Source: Actinoplanes sp. (GTDB taxonomy: Bacteria; Actinomycetota; Actinomycetes; Mycobacteriales; Micromonosporaceae). Taken from it: DNA of 64,000 nt. Positions 52,927-64,000 of this stretch are shown piece by piece. Location: NCBI GenBank assembly GCA_965246815.1, contig CBDFFS010000009.1, positions 27,878 through 91,877 on the forward strand, written 5' to 3'. Both the position numbers and the translations under genes were made by a program. The first letter of the stretch is position 1; every line of letters starts with the position of its first letter. Under the pieces are notes generated by a model, which was not told the DNA's origin, searched no databases, and saw only the letters and a list, made by a program, of their open reading frames with translations.

Positions 52927-55905
52927 TTACAGCTGCTCCGATCCGGCTGCCTCGCCGGCTGACTTCCCGTCCGCCTCAGCCTTGCCGTTATTGACCGGCG
53001 CAGCCTTGCTGTTATTGGCCGGCGCAGCCTTGTCGTCGCTGGCCACCTCGGACTTGTCGGCGCTGGTCGAAGCAGTGCCGGCCGGGCCGCCAGCTGCCTC
53101 GGCGTTCGCGTCGACCGTCAGCTCTGCACCGTCGACATTTTCGTCCTCGTGCTCACCGTCGGCTTCGCCGTTGTGGCGCTCGCTGTCGTCCGCAGCGTCA
53201 CTTTCGTGATCTCCATCGGCTGGCTCGGCGCGCTCGTCGTCGTCCCGATCGGGATTGTCCCGATCGTCTTGTTCGTCTAGCTCGTCTTCTTCGTCTTCGT
53301 CGAGCTCGTCTTCGTCGAGATCTTCGTCGTTATCAGCTGAGTCGGCGGCGGCGTCCTCGTCCAGCTCGTCTTCTTCTTCGTCGTCACCTTCGATGGTCAC
53401 GCCGTCAAGTTCGAGCGCCCGCTCGGCTGCGTCGGTGAGCTGCTCGTCGTCCAGCGCGGACGTCCGGGCGAACCACTCCCGCGCCTCGTCGCGGCGGCCG
53501 GCAGCGAGCAGCGCATCGGCATACGCGTACCGAAGTCGAGCCGCCCATTCGGCGTCTTCATCCACGGTGAGCTCTTTGATCTGCAGCATCGCTACTGCGG
53601 CGTCGTGTTGACCTAGGTCACCACGGGCGCCAGCAGCGACGATCAACAGCTCGATTGCGCCGGCCTTGTCCAGCGACGCAACATCGGCGCCTCGGTATAG
53701 GTCGATAGCCCGCTCCGGCCGGCCCAACGCGCGCTCGCAGTCGGCCAACTCGGCCAGATGCGTCTGCTTGCCTGACATCCGATGATAGGTACGCAACTCG
53801 GCGATCGCTGTCGTCCAGTCTCCGGCCGCGTATGCGGCCAGACCGACGGCCTCGCGCACGACGGCAATGCGTGACGCCATCCGGCGCGCAGCAAGCGCGT
53901 GCTTCAACGCAAGCTCAGAGTCCTCATCGATGATCTGCCCAGCCGCCACGAGGTGCCGAGCGACTGTATCCGCCACGTCGCGCGAGATGGAGAGCAGCTC
54001 AGCCCGAACTTCCTGGTCGAGATCGGTCGCCACGATCTCCGCCGGGATGGCCGGAGCCTGGAAGGTCTGCTCGTCGTTGCCTCGCGCGCCCCGGTCGTCA
54101 CGGCTGCCACGGTCATCGCGCGGGCCACGGTCATCGCGCGAGCCACGGTTGTCCCGAGTGCCGCGGTCGTCGCGTGCGAAGGGACGACTTTCGCCACGGT
54201 CGCGGTAGCCGCCCCCAGCACGGTCTCCGGCACCCTGGTATCCGCCACCTTGGGGACGATCCCCTTGCGGACGATCCCGGAAACTACGGCGGTCGCCTCC
54301 CTGGTAACCGCCACCTTGCGGACGGTCGCCCTGCGGACGATCGCCTTGCGGCCGGTCTCGGAAGCTTCGGCGGTCGCCGCCGTCCTGGTAAGCGCCACTC
54401 TGGGGACGATCACCTTGGGGACGATCACCGCGATAGCCGCCGCTTTGCGGACGGTCGCCGCCACGGAATCCGCCACCCGCCGGACGGTCACCGCGGAAGC
54501 CACCTCGATCGCCACCGCCCTGGTAACCACCGCCCTGCGGCCGGTCACCGCCACCGGAGAAACTCCCTCGGTCACGGCTCCCAGAGAAACCGCCCCGGCC
54601 GCGGTCGCCGCCGCTCGAGAAACTTCCTCGGTCACGGTCACCGCCACGGAAACCACCGCGGTCCCCACCACCCTGGTAACCACCGGTCTGGGGACGATCG
54701 CTCTGGGGACGATCGCTCTGGGGACGATCGCTACGGAAGCCCTCGCCCGCCGGACGATCACCCTGTGGCCGGTCACCGCGATAACCGCCACGGTCTCCAC
54801 CGCTCGAATAGCTCCCACGGTCCCGGTCGCCGCCGCGGAACCCACCGCGATCACCGCCACCTTGGTAACCGCCACGATCGCCGCCACCCTGGTAGCCACC
54901 GCGGTCCCGGTCTGCGCCCCGGGTGCCACCTTGATAGCCGCCGCCCTGCGAACGGTCCCCGCCACGGAAACCACCCGATTGTGGTCGGTCGCTGCGGAAG
55001 CTGCCGCTCTGAGGGCGATCAGTGTCACGTGAACTGCCACTGTCAGCTGAGCTGCGGTCACGGTCAGCGCCACGGAAACCACCGCGATCATCACCCGTTT
55101 GCGGGCGATCACCACGATAACCACCGCTCTGGGGCCGGTCGCCGCCGCGGAAACCGCCCCGGTCGCCACCAGCACCCCCGCCTTGATAACCACCACGATC
55201 GCGGTCGCCGCCACGGAAACCGCCACCCTGCGGACGATCACCCGACGAGCGATCGTCGCGGAAGCCACCGGTCTGCGGGCGGTCACCGCCGGATGAGCTG
55301 CCGCCTTGATAACCACCGCGGTCACGGTCGCCACCACGGAATCCACCGCGGTCGCCGCCGACCTGCGGCCGGTCGCCGCGATAGCCGCCAGTCTGCGGCC
55401 GGTCGCCGCGATAGCCGCCGGACGAGCCGCCGCCTTGATAACCGCCACCAGCCGAGCCACCGCGATCGCGATCCCCGCCGCGGAAACCACCACCTTGCGG
55501 CCGATCGCCGCTGCGGAAACCACCGGTCTGCGGGCGGTCACCACCGCGGTAGCCGCCACCTGACGAGCCACCACCCTGGTAGCCCCCACGCGACGCGCCA
55601 CCGCCTTGATAACCACCAGCTGAGCCACCACGATCGCGGTCGCCGCCACCCTGCGGCCGATCGCCGCCACGGTAGCCCCCAGTCTGGGGGCGATCACTGC
55701 GGTAGCCGCCACCCTGCGGCCGGTCACCACCACGGAAACCACCAGCGGAGCCGCCACGGGACGCCCCGCGGTCACGGTCACCGCCGCGGTCGGAAGACGG
55801 CCGGTCACCACGGGGGTGCGAGTCGCCGCCTCCGTCGCGACCGCGGCCGGCCCGGCCTTCGTCGTCGCGGTTGTTGGAGCCGCCGTCTTGCGGTCCTGTA
55901 GTCAC
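52927..55905 (-). CDS. RGG/DR-rich low-complexity protein with a TPR domain and acidic tail
   Basis: About 600 aa of [12 protein letters not shown] and [10 protein letters not shown] repeats, TPR helices (REAVGLAAY...[13 protein letters not shown]), E/D-rich C-terminus. Confidence 0.82.
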   Translation of the reverse strand: MTTGPQDGGSNNRDDEGRAGRGRDGGGDSHPRGDRPSSDRGGDRDRGASRGGSAGGFRGGDRPQGGGYRSDRPQTGGYRGGDRPQGGGDRDRGGSAGGYQGGGASRGGYQGGGSSGGGYRGGDRPQTGGFRSGDRPQGGGFRGGDRDRGGSAGGGYQGGGSSGGYRGDRPQTGGYRGDRPQVGGDRGGFRGGDRDRGGYQGGSSSGGDRPQTGGFRDDRSSGDRPQGGGFRGGDRDRGGYQGGGAGGDRGGFRGGDRPQSGGYRGDRPQTGDDRGGFRGADRDRSSADSGSSRDTDRPQSGSFRSDRPQSGGFRGGDRSQGGGYQGGTRGADRDRGGYQGGGDRGGYQGGGDRGGFRGGDRDRGSYSSGGDRGGYRGDRPQGDRPAGEGFRSDRPQSDRPQSDRPQTGGYQGGGDRGGFRGGDRDRGSFSSGGDRGRGGFSGSRDRGSFSGGGDRPQGGGYQGGGDRGGFRGDRPAGGGFRGGDRPQSGGYRGDRPQGDRPQSGAYQDGGDRRSFRDRPQGDRPQGDRPQGGGYQGGDRRSFRDRPQGDRPQGGGYQGAGDRAGGGYRDRGESRPFARDDRGTRDNRGSRDDRGPRDDRGSRDDRGARGNDEQTFQAPAIPAEIVATDLDQEVRAELLSISRDVADTVARHLVAAGQIIDEDSELALKHALAARRMASRIAVVREAVGLAAYAAGDWTTAIAELRTYHRMSGKQTHLAELADCERALGRPERAIDLYRGADVASLDKAGAIELLIVAAGARGDLGQHDAAVAMLQIKELTVDEDAEWAARLRYAYADALLAAGRRDEAREWFARTSALDDEQLTDAAERALELDGVTIEGDDEEEDELDEDAAADSADNDEDLDEDELDEDEEDELDEQDDRDNPDRDDDERAEPADGDHESDAADDSERHNGEADGEHEDENVDGAELTVDANAEAAGGPAGTASTSADKSEVASDDKAAPANNSKAAPVNNGKAEADGKSAGEAAGSEQL

Positions 55906-55989
55906 GGGTCAATCCTTCCGATACGGCGAGCCGCGACGTGGCGGGCCAGCCTCAACACACAAAGTTACTAGGGCGCAGACATACAAATG

Positions 55990-56029
55990 CAGTCGAGGGC
56001 CGACCCCGGGTTCGGGGTGGCCCTCGACT
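55990..56029 (-). terminator. rrn terminator hairpin
   Basis: cagtcgagggcc-accccg / cggggt-ggccctcgactg stem just after 5S. Confidence 0.75.
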
Positions 56030-56040
56030 GTCACGTTTAA

Positions 56041-56158
56041 GTTCGGCGGCGTCCTACTCTCCCACACCCTCCCGAGTGCAGTACCATCGGCGCTGAAGGG
56101 CTTAGCTTCCGGGTTCGGAATGAGACCGGGCGTTTCCCCTCCGCTATGACCACCGAAA
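56041..56158 (-). rRNA. rrf: 5S rRNA (ends approximate)
   Basis: Canonical 5S sequence (GAAACGCCCGG...CCGAACCCGGAAGCTAAG...GATGGTACTGC...GAGAGTAGGACGCCG). Confidence 0.95.
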
Positions 56159-56290
56159 CACTTATCAGCATACACGAACCAAACGAACCTTGGCGGACTG
56201 ACCAACCCAAACAGGAGTCAATCAACCGAAGGAACGTGGTTGTTTGTTTGCTGTGAATCACACAGTGGACGCGTAAGCAAAATGTTTAGG

Positions 56291-59426
<3,136 letters not shown>

Positions 59427-59895
59427 CAAAAAACAAGATGCTCGCGTCCACTGTGCAATTCTCAACCAACAACCAACCCACAACCCAACAACCCCCACCA
59501 AACCCCCAACAACACCCCCCAAACCCCAAAAAAAGGGAGAAAGGAAACTGTTAGAACGGTATAAGGACCAGGATGTGCTTGGCACCAAAAAAACAACCCG
59601 ATGACCAAAATCTTGGCCACCCCACAACTTCAACCGTTCCCACGGTCACCAGTCATGCTCACTCGGTTGTTTTTTCAGGACCCAACAGGGTGCCTATCGT
59701 CTCTACCAGCCGCACCAACACCCACGTTCCACCACCACCAAACACTTGTATAAAAAACAATCGTTTAATGATGCGTACTAAAAGTGTCAGCCGTTGCCGG
59801 TGAAAAACTTTGCCAGTGTCTCCGCTCATGAGCACCCCACCACCACGATACGAATGATGCGGGTCACTGTCCGCTATGTTAGGCGGATAGTTGCT

Positions 59896-61434
<1,539 letters not shown>

Positions 61435-61759
61435 AAAACCAACAAACCCCCCACAACAAAACCACCAAAAAATGGCAGCCCAGCCATGAAAAAGGGGCCA
61501 CCCAAACCCTACAAGGGAAAGGGCTAATCCTTTAAAAGCACTGGCATATCAAGCACCCTGTTGAGTTCTCAAAAAACAACCACACACCACAACCCAAACC
61601 CCACCAAGAAGGGCCCGAATTCCTGGGGCAATCACCACACCAACCAGCACACGACCCGAAAGCCGCAACCAGAAGCAAAAATTGTCCGCCAGAACGGCCG
61701 GCCGCGAACCCCAACCATCAGGCCCTGCTTGCCCGCCCGTCTCCCCGGCGACTCGTTAA

Positions 61760-61788
61760 ACATTACCTCCTGGTTGCCACAGCACCAA
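61760..61788 (-). promoter_or_regulatory. Putative rrn promoter (TTGGTG-N17-TAATGT)
   Basis: Housekeeping-sigma-like hexamers with 17-bp spacing about 330 bp upstream of 16S. Confidence 0.55.
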
Positions 61789-61897
61789 ATCGGGGTCCTG
61801 CGACCCGGGTCACAGCAGCGACTCCGGCTCGCAGGATGCGGTCATAACTGGCTGTCCACTTGCTGGGTGCGACTTTGGAACGCCATAGAACCCCAGT

Positions 61898-63157
61898 TCA
61901 GGGCTGGTATTCGACGCCAGCGAAGGTGCGTTTGCCGCGGCGCAGCACCAAGAATCGGTCGTGCAGGAGATCAGCGACTCCGATGGTGGCCTCGCTGTCA
62001 GTGATCCGTTCATTGTTCATATAGGCCCCACCTTCGGCGATGGTGCGGCGGGCTTCGTTGTGGCTGGCGACCAGACCCGCCTCCTTCAGCAGCACACCTA
62101 CGGCAGGAAGCTCGCCGCGTACGGAATGGAGGCCGGCTTCGGCTAGGGCGGCGCGCAACGTGTCGGCGGAGAGTTCGGTAAGTGAGCCTCGTCCGAATAG
62201 GGCTTGGCTGGCAGCAATGGCCTGTTTTGCCTCTTCGGGACCGTGCACCAGCGCGGTGAGTTCTTCGGCGAGCGCACGTTGGGCCAGGCGAGCTTGCGGG
62301 CGTTCCGCCGTGGCTTGTTCCAACTCTTCGAGCTCCGCCCGCGATTTGAAGCTGAAGTAGCGCAGGTACGTGTTGACGTCGCGGTCGTCGCTGTTGACCC
62401 AGAACTGGTAAAACGCGTACGGCGAGGTCATGGCCGGATCGAGCCAGACTGAACCACTTTCACTCTTGCCGAACTTGGTGCCGTCGGCTTTGAGCACCAG
62501 CGGAGTAGTGAACGCGTGCACGGGGCCAGCCTCGCGCCGCCGGACGAAGTCGACGCCAGCGGTGATGTTGCCCCACTGATCCGAGCCACCGTATTGCAGC
62601 GAGCAGTTGTGCTGCCGGTGCAACTGGTAGAAGTCGTTGGCCTGCAACAACTGGTAGCTGAATTCGGTGTAGCTGATCCCGCTCTCCAGCCGGTTACGCA
62701 CCACGTCTCGGGCGAGCATCTTGTTCACTGGGAAGTGTTTGCCGACGTCGCGAAGAAATTCGATTACCGACATCGAATCGGTCCAGTCGAGGTTGTTGAC
62801 GACCTCGGCGGCGTTGCTTCCGTCGTACGTGACGAAGGGTTTGACCTGGTTTTTGATTTTTTCGGCCCAGCCGGCGGTTAGGTCGCGCGGGTTGAGGGTG
62901 CGTTCGCCAGCTTTGCCACCGGGGTCGCCGATTTGGCCGGTGGCGCCGCCGACCAGCAGGAGCGGTTTGTGTCCGCTCAGTTGGAGGCGGCGGGCGACGA
63001 CCAGCTGCAGCAGATTGCCCAGATGCAGACTGGCGGCGGTGGGATCGAATCCGATATAGAACGTGATCGAGTTGTGGTCGAGCGCTTTACGCAGCTCGTC
63101 CGGGTCGGTCGAGTCCTGGATCAATCCCCGCCAGAGCAGGTCGTCTACGAGAGTCAC
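61898..63157 (-). CDS. tyrS: Tyrosine--tRNA ligase
   Basis: GFDPTAASLHLGN, QYGGSDQWGNI, KFGKS, C-terminal S4 domain. Confidence 0.97.
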   Translation of the reverse strand: MTLVDDLLWRGLIQDSTDPDELRKALDHNSITFYIGFDPTAASLHLGNLLQLVVARRLQLSGHKPLLLVGGATGQIGDPGGKAGERTLNPRDLTAGWAEKIKNQVKPFVTYDGSNAAEVVNNLDWTDSMSVIEFLRDVGKHFPVNKMLARDVVRNRLESGISYTEFSYQLLQANDFYQLHRQHNCSLQYGGSDQWGNITAGVDFVRRREAGPVHAFTTPLVLKADGTKFGKSESGSVWLDPAMTSPYAFYQFWVNSDDRDVNTYLRYFSFKSRAELEELEQATAERPQARLAQRALAEELTALVHGPEEAKQAIAASQALFGRGSLTELSADTLRAALAEAGLHSVRGELPAVGVLLKEAGLVASHNEARRTIAEGGAYMNNERITDSEATIGVADLLHDRFLVLRRGKRTFAGVEYQP

Positions 63158-63205
63158 CTGCGAATTGTGTCGCATCGCCCGCGCCACGTTCAATCGGGTT
63201 TGACC

Positions 63206-63862
63206 TCAGCTGTCAGCCGGCTTGTATGTCGGCAGGCCGAGCACATCGCGGATGCGTGCCTGCACCTGATCGACGGACGGGCGCGCATCCACGTCGTGCA
63301 CGACCTCTTTGCGACTGAACAACTCCAAAACCGGCCGGGTTTTCTCGTGGTAGTCGCGCAGTCGAGCGTCCAACGCCTCAGGAGTGTCGTCCGCCCGGGT
63401 AATCAATTCGTGCCCGCAAATATCGCAGCAGCCCTCGCGTCTAGGCCGATCGGCGATCAGGTTGTAATCCATGCCGCAGTTGGGACACAAACGCCGGCTC
63501 AGCACCCGACGACGAACTTCGTCCTCGGGCAATTCCAAGTGGATCACACCGTCGATGTCGTAGCTCTCCATGAAGAATTCCGCCTGCCGACCATTGCGCG
63601 GAAAGCCATCAATGATAAATCCGAAGTTGTAGTCGTGTTGCGCCAAGCGCTCCCGCACGGTCGACTCGACCACGTCGTCGCTGACCAGTTCACCCGCGGT
63701 CATCGCGCGCCGAACCTGGGCGCCGAGCTTGGTGTGGTTTTGCACGTGCCAGCGAAACATGTCACCAACGCTGATATGCACCATGTCCAAGTCAGCGCAG
63801 AGCAGTTCGCTCTGCGTTCCTTTACCGCTGCCCTGCACGCCCATCATGACGTATTTACGCAT
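63206..63862 (-). CDS. adk: Adenylate kinase with zinc-LID, probably a paralogue
   Basis: GVQGSGKGTQ, DGFPR, CPNC...CDIC, RADD...RLRDY. Confidence 0.85.
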   Translation of the reverse strand: MRKYVMMGVQGSGKGTQSELLCADLDMVHISVGDMFRWHVQNHTKLGAQVRRAMTAGELVSDDVVESTVRERLAQHDYNFGFIIDGFPRNGRQAEFFMESYDIDGVIHLELPEDEVRRRVLSRRLCPNCGMDYNLIADRPRREGCCDICGHELITRADDTPEALDARLRDYHEKTRPVLELFSRKEVVHDVDARPSVDQVQARIRDVLGLPTYKPADS

Positions 63863-64000
63863 TGCCTGCCTCTTCTGAGTCGCTCGCGCCGATTCGCAGC
63901 GGCCTAGTGGCCGAGCGCCCGGACAGGGTCGAGGGGTCGATACTCCAGGCATCGGCCACCCGCAGCAGGTCGTTCTCCGCGACCAGCACAGTCGCGTCCT
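63855..64000 (-). CDS. 3' end of an upstream CDS (partial)
   Basis: Open frame DATVLVAENDLLRVADAWS...GNA* whose stop overlaps the adk start. Confidence 0.4.
   Translation of the reverse strand, partial: DATVLVAENDLLRVADAWSIDPSTLSGRSATRPLRIGASDSEEAGNA

Noticed and set aside
53899-55901. Very long alternative-frame ORFs over the RGG region (377, 575 and 635 aa)
   Set aside because: Shadow frames of repetitive high-GC coding sequence with no recognisable motifs.

Overview
High-GC actinomycete chromosome segment, probably Micromonosporaceae-like (inferred from gene order and 16S features, no database search). The backbone is the conserved minus-strand run tyrS - rrn (16S-23S-5S) - TPR protein - HAD hydrolase - tlyA - NAD kinase - recN - steA/steB - envelope genes - pyrG - nudF - xerD - parA - scpA/scpB - rluB - cmk - der - tRNA-Pro(GGG). 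A tyrosine integrase sits next to the tRNA at the left edge. About 27 kb of accessory DNA lies between nudF and xerD. It holds (i) a decaying aromatic/N-heterocycle catabolic operon (CarAa/OxoO-type Rieske oxygenase, an unlisted 38-aa ORF, an M20 homologue without metal ligands, a LigB/MhpB dioxygenase, three alpha/beta hydrolases, an MBL hydrolase, a flavin monooxygenase, hmgA) with an ABC transporter and a PaaX regulator; (ii) a tailoring-type operon (flavin monooxygenase, two-module methyltransferase fusion, BBE-like oxidase, aminotransferase); (iii) two 1652-bp IS630 copies that carry a divergent passenger gene and each join non-matching gene halves; (iv) one clean IS5-family insertion; (v) a gene broken by a 32-nt insertion copied from 116 nt away. 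Several start codons were corrected from the ORF track using RBS and overlap evidence.
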